Shown here: positions 56,520-64,000 of the stretch, one piece after another | Layout of the letters: every line of letters begins with the position of its first letter | How positions within the stretch are numbered: position 1 is the stretch's first letter | NCBI GenBank assembly: GCA_047623945.1 | Contig: JBLHOT010000012.1 | Coordinates: 2,062 to 66,061, forward strand | Direction: 5' to 3' | Source of the DNA: Arcticibacterium sp. | GTDB lineage: Bacteria; Bacteroidota; Bacteroidia; Cytophagales; Spirosomataceae | DNA: 64,000 bases | The notes under the pieces: model-generated | What the model saw: the letters and a program-made list of their open reading frames with translations, nothing else | The model's database searches: none | Told to the model about the DNA's origin: nothing | Position numbers and translations under genes: made by a program

Positions 56520-57123
56520 CAACCGCCAAAACTTCATCGCAGAATTGATATTCTCTTTTATCATTAGAGGAAATAATAACCAATTTACTTCCTTCTACTT
56601 TAGAAACCATATTCAAATACCAATCTATTCCCTGCTGATCTAAATTAGTAGTAGGCTCATCCAAAAAAATGGCTTTAGCACCTGTAGTGAAAGCTAAGCC
56701 TAATTTTAATCGCTGCTTCATCCCTGAAGAGAATTGCTTAATGGGCTTATCTACATGACTTTCTAAAAAAATAAGTTTTAGAAACCCTTCTTTATCAAGT
56801 CCAGACTGTAAAGGTTTAAATTTGAAGTGAAAGTCTAATGCTTCACCGAGGGAGTACTCTTCTATTAAATCAATATATGGTGCAGTTATAAAAAGGTGCT
56901 TATAAACCTCCTCCTCAGGGATTTCATTATCCTCTAGTTTGTAGCTAATCTTTCCTAAATTGGCTGGTATTAGTCCAGAAATAACTTGAATTAAAGTGGA
57001 CTTACCGGAGCCATTAAAGCCAGTTATGGCGTATTTCTTTCCCGCCTTGAAGACATAGTTGACATCTTTAAATATCCATTCGTTTCTGAATTTTTTGCCA
57101 ATATTTTCAAGTTTAATAGTCAC
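56500..57123 (-). CDS. ABC transporter ATP-binding protein (no cognate permease nearby)
   Basis: Walker A GFNGSGKST, signature FSSGMKQRLKL and Walker B IFLDEPTTNLD. Confidence 0.85.
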   Translation of the reverse strand: MTIKLENIGKKFRNEWIFKDVNYVFKAGKKYAITGFNGSGKSTLIQVISGLIPANLGKISYKLEDNEIPEEEVYKHLFITAPYIDLIEEYSLGEALDFHFKFKPLQSGLDKEGFLKLIFLESHVDKPIKQFSSGMKQRLKLGLAFTTGAKAIFLDEPTTNLDQQGIDWYLNMVSKVEGSKLVIISSNDKREYQFCDEVLAVDDFKVA

Positions 57124-57134
57124 TTAATTTCAGA

Positions 57135-57923
57135 TCAATCAGATTTGCTGCCTCCATTTTTCAAAACCCCTCGCTCCGAGTTCTTTAAAAAAAACAGTAT
57201 TTCATCCCTTTCTCGAGTAGCATCCATTTCTAGTTCTATGGCTCTTCTAGCGTCGGCTATATTTAGTCCCTTTAAGAACAGAAAACGATAAATCTCCTGA
57301 ATCTCCGCTATTTTTTCATTTGAAAACTCTCTTCTTCTAAGTCCGATAGAGTTTACTCCTACAAAACTTAAAGGCTCTCTTGCTGCCTTAATAAACGGTG
57401 GCACATCTTTCCTTACTAAGGAGCCTCCCGCTATCATGGCATGGGCTCCTATTCTTACAAATTGATGAACAGCCGTAGTGCCACCTATAAATGCATAATC
57501 ATCTATAAGTATATGACCCGCCAACTGTACACTGTTTGCCAAAATAACATGGTCCCCGATAATACAATCATGGGCAATATGGACATAAGCCATAACAAGG
57601 CAGTTTGCCCCTACTACCGTCTTATATTTATCTGTTGTTCCCCGATTGATAGTTACACATTCCCTAATCGTCGAATTGTCACCAATTTCTACCGTTGTAT
57701 ACTCGCCTTTAAACTTTAGGTCCTGTGGCTCAGCAGAAATAACGGCACCAGGAAAAATCTTGCAATTTTTACCTATTCTGGCACCTTCCATGATAGTCAC
57801 ATTTGGGCCAATCCATGTTCCCTCTCCAATGATTACATCTTTAGATATGGCAGTGAAAGGTTCAATAACCACATTTTGAGCAATCTTAGCTTCGGGGTGT
57901 ACGTAAGCCAAAGGCTGATTCAT
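57135..57923 (-). CDS. lpxA: Acyl-ACP--UDP-N-acetylglucosamine O-acyltransferase
   Basis: 262 aa: an N-terminal hexapeptide-repeat beta-helix plus the LpxA C-terminal helical domain (GVNSIGLRRREFS). Confidence 0.95.
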   Translation of the reverse strand: MNQPLAYVHPEAKIAQNVVIEPFTAISKDVIIGEGTWIGPNVTIMEGARIGKNCKIFPGAVISAEPQDLKFKGEYTTVEIGDNSTIRECVTINRGTTDKYKTVVGANCLVMAYVHIAHDCIIGDHVILANSVQLAGHILIDDYAFIGGTTAVHQFVRIGAHAMIAGGSLVRKDVPPFIKAAREPLSFVGVNSIGLRRREFSNEKIAEIQEIYRFLFLKGLNIADARRAIELEMDATRERDEILFFLKNSERGVLKNGGSKSD

Positions 57924-57940
57924 ATTCTTTTATAATAGTT

Positions 57941-59326
57941 TTATTTTCTAACCAGCCTAGCTGTCATATTCACGCTACATACGAGATTTTTACCAACCCA
58001 AGCCTCTCCTTGCATCTTTGCCACACCCATTCTAATAGGTGCTAAAAGGCCACATCTGATTACTAACGTATCTCCAGGTAAAACGTTCTTAAAAAAACGA
58101 CATTTCTCAATACCCACCAAATATGGCCAGTATGCCTCGGGTTCTCCAGTAGATGTTAACACAAGGACTCCCCCAGTTTGAGCTATCGCTTCCACCTGCA
58201 ATACACCCGGCATTACAGGATTATCAGGAAAATGGCCAGTAAACTGTGGCTCATTCATAGTAACGTTTTTTACTCCCACTACAGATGTACCATCAAGTGA
58301 CATTATCTTATCCACCAACTGAAAGGGATACCTGTGCGGAAGTAATTTCGCGATTCCGCTAACATTATAGACTGGTTCCGCATTTTGGTCAAAAGTAGGT
58401 GGTGCTTTGGCTGCAGCAGCAATAGCTTTAGCTATCTTCTTTGCTAATGACACATTAGATGCGTGCCCAGGTCTAGCGGCTAAAATATGTGCCTTTAACG
58501 GTCTCCCCACAAGTACGAGGTCACCCATTAAATCTAACAGTTTATGTCGAGCTGGCTCGTTTTTAAACTTCAAAGGCTCATCATTCACAAAACCAGACTC
58601 GCTGATCGTAACCTTTTTCTTGCCCAGCATTTTTGCCAGTTCTGCAATTCTTTCTTCACTTACTACATCCTCGGCAATAAGAATGGCATTATTGATATCT
58701 CCTCCTTTAATGAGACCCGCCTTATAAAGCTGCTCTAACTCATGTACAAAAACAAATGTTCTGCACGCAGCAATACGTTCTTTAAAATTCTCTATTTCAT
58801 GTAATTGAGCATGCTGTGAGCTCAAAACTTTAGAATTATAATCGACCATCACGGTTAAACGGTAATCGTCTAATGGCAAAGCCGCCATTTCTACACTGTG
58901 GTCGTCATTATTAAGTTGAATAGCCTCTGTAATGGAGAAATAGTTTCTAAGGGCATTTTGTTCAGTGATAACACCCTTTTCTAATAGTTCTACAAAGGGC
59001 ATGGCACTTCCATCCAAAATAGGAATTTCTGGGCCATCTAATTTTATAAGCAAGTTATCTACTTGCAAGCCACCTACTGCCGCTAAAAGATGCTCCGTAG
59101 TCTGAACCTTTGCATCGCCAATGCCCAATACAGTTCCTCTGGCCGTGTCAATTACATACTCCACTAAAGCCGGAACTTTAGGTTGGTTTTCTAAATCTGT
59201 TCTCTGAAATACAATTCCGTGATTAATTCCAGCTGGACAAAGCGTTAAATTCACTTCTTCTCCGGAGTGAAGACCCACGCCTTTTACAGATACCTCGCTA
59301 CCGATGGTAGATTGCTTTGTGTTCAT
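57941..59326 (-). CDS. lpxC/fabZ: Bifunctional UDP-3-O-acyl-GlcNAc deacetylase / 3-hydroxyacyl-ACP dehydratase
   Basis: N-terminal LpxC region (GVGLHSG, TTEHLLAA, HKLLDLMGDL, GHASN) fused to a FabZ hot-dog domain (LLPHRYPFQLVDK, GHFPDNPVMPGVL). Confidence 0.95.
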   Translation of the reverse strand: MNTKQSTIGSEVSVKGVGLHSGEEVNLTLCPAGINHGIVFQRTDLENQPKVPALVEYVIDTARGTVLGIGDAKVQTTEHLLAAVGGLQVDNLLIKLDGPEIPILDGSAMPFVELLEKGVITEQNALRNYFSITEAIQLNNDDHSVEMAALPLDDYRLTVMVDYNSKVLSSQHAQLHEIENFKERIAACRTFVFVHELEQLYKAGLIKGGDINNAILIAEDVVSEERIAELAKMLGKKKVTISESGFVNDEPLKFKNEPARHKLLDLMGDLVLVGRPLKAHILAARPGHASNVSLAKKIAKAIAAAAKAPPTFDQNAEPVYNVSGIAKLLPHRYPFQLVDKIMSLDGTSVVGVKNVTMNEPQFTGHFPDNPVMPGVLQVEAIAQTGGVLVLTSTGEPEAYWPYLVGIEKCRFFKNVLPGDTLVIRCGLLAPIRMGVAKMQGEAWVGKNLVCSVNMTARLVRK

Positions 59327-59333
59327 TTCTAAC

Positions 59334-60353
59334 TTATTTCTCTTCTAAATCTCTTAAACGTTTCTCTAGATCTGGTAGTTTCTTAAAAAACACCATAGAT
59401 CTTAAATGCTGCTGTAAATTCATGAATGGCGTTCCATTCACAGATAAATTTTCTTCTATAATATCTCGGTTAATGCCAGACTGTGCTCCTATTTTGGTGC
59501 CGTCAGCCACTTTTACATGCCCAGCAAAACCCACTTGGCCGCCCACAACACATTTGGCTCCAATCTTTGAAGAACCAGCTATTCCGGTTAGAGCCGCCAC
59601 CACCGTATTCTTACCTATCTGAACGTTATGAGCTATTTGAACCAGATTATCAATCTTAACACCTTCCATAATTAGGGTGCTCCCTATGGTACCTCTGTCT
59701 ATGGTCGTATTACTGCCTACAGAAACATTATTCTCAATTTTGACATTCCCCATTTGTGGCACTTCAATATAAGACCCATCTGGCTGTGGAGCAAAACCAA
59801 AACCATCTGAGCCAATAACAACCCCACTATGCAGCACACAGTTATCACCAATAACCGAATCTGACAATATTTTTACACCTGCGTAAATGATGCAATTTTT
59901 ACCTATGCTCACATTATCGTCAATGAAAACTTGCGGATAGATTGTGGTGTTTTCTCCAATACTCGAATTCTCAGAAACATGGGTGAAGTTCCCTATATAA
60001 ACATGCTCGCCTATTGTGGCACTCGCATCAACAAAAGCTAGTTTAGAAACACCCGTTTTGCTTTGTTTTTTAATTTTCTGATATTCTCCTAATAATACAG
60101 AAAAGGCACTATAAGGATCTTTAACTTTTATAAGCGAAGAGTTTACCGACTCTTTGGCAACAAATGAGTCCGCTACGATGACCGCAGAAGAATCTGTTTG
60201 GTAAATATGTGCCTCGTATTTGGGGTTTGCTAGAAAAGAAATACCACCTTTTTTTCCCTCTTCGATTTTGTAGAACTGGTCGATCTCCAAACTGTCATCT
60301 CCCTCTACTTTTCCTCCTATCAGTTGGGCTATTTGGCGTACTGTGAATTTCAT
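59334..60353 (-). CDS. lpxD: UDP-3-O-(3-hydroxyacyl)glucosamine N-acyltransferase
   Basis: 339 aa: the LpxD N-terminal domain (FTVRQIAQLIGGKVEGD) plus a hexapeptide beta-helix. Confidence 0.95.
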   Translation of the reverse strand: MKFTVRQIAQLIGGKVEGDDSLEIDQFYKIEEGKKGGISFLANPKYEAHIYQTDSSAVIVADSFVAKESVNSSLIKVKDPYSAFSVLLGEYQKIKKQSKTGVSKLAFVDASATIGEHVYIGNFTHVSENSSIGENTTIYPQVFIDDNVSIGKNCIIYAGVKILSDSVIGDNCVLHSGVVIGSDGFGFAPQPDGSYIEVPQMGNVKIENNVSVGSNTTIDRGTIGSTLIMEGVKIDNLVQIAHNVQIGKNTVVAALTGIAGSSKIGAKCVVGGQVGFAGHVKVADGTKIGAQSGINRDIIEENLSVNGTPFMNLQQHLRSMVFFKKLPDLEKRLRDLEEK

Positions 60354-60386
60354 ACTGGCTTTTTCTGTCTTGCTATTAGCATAGTA

Positions 60387-61628
60387 TTAGGACTGCAAAT
60401 ATACATCTTTGGCCCAACATAGATAATGTTTTTTGACTATCTTACTTAGAGCTTTTACTGTGGGTAAGTCAGAGGCCTCTGTGATATCTTTAATTTCTCC
60501 AGACTTCATTAATATCCTAATATGACTGTTTTCCACTACATATCCCGCATTACTAATACTATCCGTGTGATAAAAATTTCCTAAATCATTGGGGTTTACT
60601 CCTTTCTGAAGCAATTCTTTTTTAATATCTTCTATTTGTTCCTTTTTAGGCTTAACATCTGTGACTGTAATGGTATACAGTTTCCTATTTACGAAAGATT
60701 TTGCTAAAAAAGAAAGTATGTCATCATCGTGCCTTCTCCATGTTTTTAAGGCATACCAAATATCCGTATCATCAATATTTAGAAAATCGTCTAGGGTATC
60801 CTCGTTTTTTTCAAATGCTTCGAGATCTAGTTTCTCATGAAGGAACACCCTTAAAAAAGGGGAACAAGGCACATCTTTGCCTTCCGACATTAAGTATCTA
60901 GCACGTTCTAAGGCTTTGATAAGAATAACTTCTGCACTCTTGGCCGTTTTATGAAGATAAACCTGCCAATACATCATTCGTCTCGCGTTCAGGAATGTCT
61001 CTACTGTTAATAGGCCTTTCTCTTCTACCACTAGTTCGCCATCCACAATATTGAGCATTTTTATAATACGCTCAACACCAATTCTCCCTTCCGCTACTCC
61101 TGTAAAAAAACTGTCTCTATTAATGTAATCGAGCCTATCCATGTCCAACTGACTCGAAATCAATTGATGAAAAAAACTACGTTGATAAGTCCCTTTAAAC
61201 ATTTCTATAGCCATCTTTAGAGCCCCATTAAACTCCCCATTTAGTCTTTTCATGATTAGTTCAGTGATCTTCTCATGATCTATTCCTGAAAGAAGGGTGT
61301 ATTCTAAAACATGCGAAAAAGGGCCATGCCCAATATCGTGCAAAAGAATTGCGACCTGTGCGGCTTCCCTCTCCACATCCATGATGAGATGACCTTTGGC
61401 TTCCAAACTATTTAGAGCCTGCCCCATGAGATGCATGGCCCCTATAGCATGCTGAAAACGAGAGTGTAGGGCTCCGGGGTATACAAAATCCGTAAGACCT
61501 AATTGCTTAATTCTTCGCAATCTTTGAAAATACGGATGCTCTATAAGATCATAGATTAAGTCACTTGGTAAAGTTACGAAACCGTAAACCGGGTCGTTAA
61601 GGATTTTTCTTTTGTTAGTTTTTCGCAT
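60387..61628 (-). CDS. HD domain-containing phosphohydrolase (dNTP-triphosphohydrolase/SAMHD1-like superfamily)
   Basis: RLRRIKQLG, SRFQHAIGAMHL, LLHDIGHGPFSH and MDRLDYINRDS are the HD-superfamily motifs of the dGTPase-like clade. Confidence 0.8.
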   Translation of the reverse strand: MRKTNKRKILNDPVYGFVTLPSDLIYDLIEHPYFQRLRRIKQLGLTDFVYPGALHSRFQHAIGAMHLMGQALNSLEAKGHLIMDVEREAAQVAILLHDIGHGPFSHVLEYTLLSGIDHEKITELIMKRLNGEFNGALKMAIEMFKGTYQRSFFHQLISSQLDMDRLDYINRDSFFTGVAEGRIGVERIIKMLNIVDGELVVEEKGLLTVETFLNARRMMYWQVYLHKTAKSAEVILIKALERARYLMSEGKDVPCSPFLRVFLHEKLDLEAFEKNEDTLDDFLNIDDTDIWYALKTWRRHDDDILSFLAKSFVNRKLYTITVTDVKPKKEQIEDIKKELLQKGVNPNDLGNFYHTDSISNAGYVVENSHIRILMKSGEIKDITEASDLPTVKALSKIVKKHYLCWAKDVYLQS

Positions 61629-61637
61629 CTATGTTGG

Positions 61638-61645
61638 CAAAAGTA
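61638..61645 (-). promoter_or_regulatory. Candidate -7 promoter box (very short leader)
   Basis: The minus strand reads TACTTTTG, only 9 nt upstream of ATG 61628. Confidence 0.25.
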
Positions 61646-61825
61646 CCAACCTATTCCGTGGTTTATAACTTGTAACTATATTTTTCCCTATATCAGGTGG
61701 TTATTCAAGACCATTGAATAGATAAAGCAAAGACTTATCCCATTTTCTTTTTTCTGAATAGCGGTTGTTCTAAATTTACTCTACAGAAACCACAGAATGG
61801 GTTTCTAAATTAAAACTCATACAAA

Positions 61826-62710
61826 TTGTCGGAATCAGAAGGTATTGATTGGAGAAAAGTATTCTCCGTTAAATCCATTTTATTTATCATTATTGGCTCT
61901 TTATGTGCTACCATAGCCATTAAAGGTTTTATGATACCAAATCACTTTATAGATGGTGGTGTAACTGGAGTCTCTATATTAATTCATGAAATTTTCCATA
62001 TTGACGTAAGCATTCCTCTTGTTCTTATAAATCTGCCATTCATATTTATAGGTTATCATAAAATTGGGAAAAACTTTGCCATTCACGCTTTAATAGCTGT
62101 CATCTTATTAGCCATTCTGCTTCAGTTTGTTGAAATCCCTGCCATCACAAGCGACGAGGTTCTGATTGCCGTTTTCGGTGGTTTATTCATTGGCCTGGGT
62201 ATTGGCTTTGTGATTAAAGGGGGTGGGGTAATAGACGGTTTAGAGGTTATTGCAGAGTATTCAAACAAGAAATTTGCTCTCAGTGCCTCAGAAATCATAA
62301 TGCTCATAAATACTGTTCTTTTCCTGATTGCGGCCTACAGTCTCGGTATTGAGAAGGCCATGTATTCAATTTTAACCTACTTCACTGCTCTTCAAGTTTC
62401 TAATTATGTGGTGGATGGTTTCGAGGAATATACTTCCCTAACTATAATATCCGCTGATCATGAAAGAATGAAAAGTATGATAGTCAATGACCATCAAAAA
62501 GCCATTTCTGTATATAAAGGAGAAAGAGGTTATTTGCCTGCTAGTTTTGGCATAAAACATGACACAGACATTATAGTTACTATTGTAACACGGTTAGAGA
62601 TTCATAAACTGAAACAGGAAATATTCAAGCTTGATCCAGCCGCCTTTATTTTTGTTCAAAGCATAAAAGAAGTAGGTGGTGGTGAGGTCAGGAAATTGAG
62701 AGAGCACTAA
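61826..62710 (+). CDS. YitT family membrane protein with C-terminal DUF2179 domain
   Basis: TTG start. Five TM helices with GGVTGVSIL and GGGVIDGLEV motifs are followed by a C-terminal soluble domain (ISVYKGERGY...IVTRLE...KEVGGG). Confidence 0.8.
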   Translation: MSESEGIDWRKVFSVKSILFIIIGSLCATIAIKGFMIPNHFIDGGVTGVSILIHEIFHIDVSIPLVLINLPFIFIGYHKIGKNFAIHALIAVILLAILLQFVEIPAITSDEVLIAVFGGLFIGLGIGFVIKGGGVIDGLEVIAEYSNKKFALSASEIIMLINTVLFLIAAYSLGIEKAMYSILTYFTALQVSNYVVDGFEEYTSLTIISADHERMKSMIVNDHQKAISVYKGERGYLPASFGIKHDTDIIVTIVTRLEIHKLKQEIFKLDPAAFIFVQSIKEVGGGEVRKLREH

Positions 62711-63313
62711 ATGGAGACTAAATTCGAAGATATTAGCCGAAAGGTCGTAGCAGTACTTAGCCAAAAACTCCCCGCTTACCTCACTTATCACAGCATAGAG
62801 CATACTAAGTATGTCGTTAAAATGGCGGAATATTTGGCATGGAGAGAAAACATGCCTAACCATGATATATTTTTGATTAAGGTAGCAGCACTTTATCATG
62901 ATATTGGCTTTATAAAAAGCCGCGAAAATCATGAAAGTATTGGATGTGATATCGCTCGTGAAGAGTTACCTAAAGAGGGAATTCACCCCGATGATGTTAC
63001 TAAAATATGTGGGATGATAATGGCTACTAAAATACCTCAGAACCCTCAAAATTTGCACGAGGAAATATTGGCAGATGCAGATTTAGAATATTTAAGTACT
63101 CAAAACTTTGAACCAGTCAGTGAAATGCTTTTTAAGGAGCTTAAGCATTTTAATCCAGCATTTACAAGGAAGGACTGGCGGAAGGTCCAGATAGATTTCC
63201 TGAGTAATCATTGCTATCATACGTCCTTTTGCAAAAGGTATAAAGAGAATTTCAAAGATCAACACCTCCTGAAATTAAAAGGCTTAGATCTTAAATCACT
63301 CAAGGGTAAATAG
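62711..63313 (+). CDS. HD domain-containing protein (metal-dependent phosphohydrolase)
   Basis: HSIEHTKYV ... AALYHDIGF ... ADADLEYL gives an H...HD...D pattern. The ATG directly follows the YitT stop, with a 0-nt gap. Confidence 0.65.
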   Translation: METKFEDISRKVVAVLSQKLPAYLTYHSIEHTKYVVKMAEYLAWRENMPNHDIFLIKVAALYHDIGFIKSRENHESIGCDIAREELPKEGIHPDDVTKICGMIMATKIPQNPQNLHEEILADADLEYLSTQNFEPVSEMLFKELKHFNPAFTRKDWRKVQIDFLSNHCYHTSFCKRYKENFKDQHLLKLKGLDLKSLKGK

Positions 63314-64000
63314 TTACTCTATAACGGCGTAGCACTTTACAGGTCGTGCTTTATTTTTAAGATCCAATGCCCCTACTTCTTGGCACTTAAAGGAGTCTTT
63401 AACTTGTAGATAAGCTGTTTCTGGAATAAGGATTTGACTAGCAGTAGCTGCGGCCTGAAGCCTAGCAGCCGTATTAACCACATCACCAATTACCGTATAG
63501 TCTAATCTTTTTAAGGTAGAAGAACCTATGTTTCCTGAAATCACTTCCCCAGAAGCAATACCAAGGGCTACCTTAGGAAGGTATTCCTGTTCTTTTCCTA
63601 CTACGGGGTCTTTTATATTATCTATTTGTGACACTAAAGAAAGTGCCGCATCAATGGCCCTGTCTAAATGGTATTCACCCTTAAAAACGGCCATGACAGC
63701 ATCTCCCATGAATTTATCTACGAAGCCATTATGAGCAATAATTTCTTTTACGATGATGTCAAAATAATTATTGAGAATATTAACTACAAAATCTGCACTT
63801 TCTTTCTCCGTGATGGCTGTAAATCCACATATGTCCACAAAAAGTACAGAGGCTTCAATGGTCTCATTCGCCGTAAGAGAATCAGCGAACTCCTGCTTGC
63901 TCATGAAATTTAAAACACTACCATCTACGTACATTTTAAGTATGTTATTCTCCTTGATCGCGTCTATTGTTTCGCGTATTTGCTGAATATGAATGATGGT
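63314..64000 (-). CDS. Class III adenylate/guanylate cyclase domain protein (catalytic domain; N-terminal part lies beyond the window end)
   Basis: VLFVDICGFTAITE (metal Asp), KFMGDAVMAVF (second Asp) and GDVVNTAARLQAAA (Asn/Arg). The frame upstream of the track Met (63934) stays open to base 64000 (TIIHIQQIRETIDAIKENNILK), so the gene probably starts outside the window. Confidence 0.8.
   Translation of the reverse strand, partial: TIIHIQQIRETIDAIKENNILKMYVDGSVLNFMSKQEFADSLTANETIEASVLFVDICGFTAITEKESADFVVNILNNYFDIIVKEIIAHNGFVDKFMGDAVMAVFKGEYHLDRAIDAALSLVSQIDNIKDPVVGKEQEYLPKVALGIASGEVISGNIGSSTLKRLDYTVIGDVVNTAARLQAAATASQILIPETAYLQVKDSFKCQEVGALDLKNKARPVKCYAVIE

Noticed and set aside
1-64000. Search for mobile elements, CRISPR arrays, tRNA/rRNA genes and known defence-system hallmarks
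   Set aside because: I found no transposase, integrase, recombinase or phage-like ORFs. There are no spaced direct-repeat arrays, and no cloverleaf-like sequences in any spacer longer than 50 nt. I saw no abrupt compositional shift by eye. The only repeat of note is the 21-bp tandem at 1349..1390.

Overview
The window reads as core chromosome of a Bacteroidota organism, probably Cytophagia-like. It is about 38-40% GC and densely packed, with roughly 60 protein-coding genes on both strands. The taxonomic call rests on five things visible in the sequence. These are a SusC/RagA-type receptor, T9SS type A and type B C-terminal sorting domains, a fused LpxC/FabZ, a two-subunit transketolase, and recurrent TAnnTTTG (-7 box) motifs 10-95 nt upstream of many start codons. 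I found no rRNA, tRNA, CRISPR array, transposase, integrase or prophage signature. I also see no recognisable defence island. Content is mostly housekeeping: hisG-hisD, guaA, mnmA, fumC, truA, tsaC/sua5, clpC, sucC, lpxD-lpxC/fabZ-lpxA, bcp and Lol-type ABC parts. Interspersed are envelope and secreted proteins, including VCBS/ASPIC, an S8 peptidase, an OmpA-family giant, M23 and M48 peptidases and a T9SS cargo protein. Two genes run off the window edges and are missing from the ORF track: a SusC-like gene at 1..1343 (-) and a class III nucleotidyl cyclase at 63314..64000 (-). Several track ORFs carry spurious N-terminal extensions, and I re-called those starts. Nine observations seem most worth a second look. 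(1) A fungal TYR1-type prephenate dehydrogenase is translationally coupled to WcaF/WecA-type envelope genes. (2) Four consecutive lipoprotein genes include an orphan sugar-binding protein, a dehydrogenase-HEAT-cytochrome c fusion and a DM13 protein. (3) A TrpF-like protein appears to have both catalytic residues and the phosphate loop replaced. (4) An untracked 58-aa Cys-rich membrane ORF is coupled to a YfiT/DinB gene. (5) Two small genes about 1 kb apart both carry in-frame TAA lesions. (6) A YitT-HD-cyclase neighbourhood sits at the right edge. (7) A perfect 21-bp tandem repeat lies in the SusC leader. (8) Terminator hairpins run straight into start codons. (9) An orphan ABC ATPase and a T9SS cargo gene are appended to the lpx gene string. 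None of these is demonstrably a new system from sequence alone, and interest scores are moderate for that reason.
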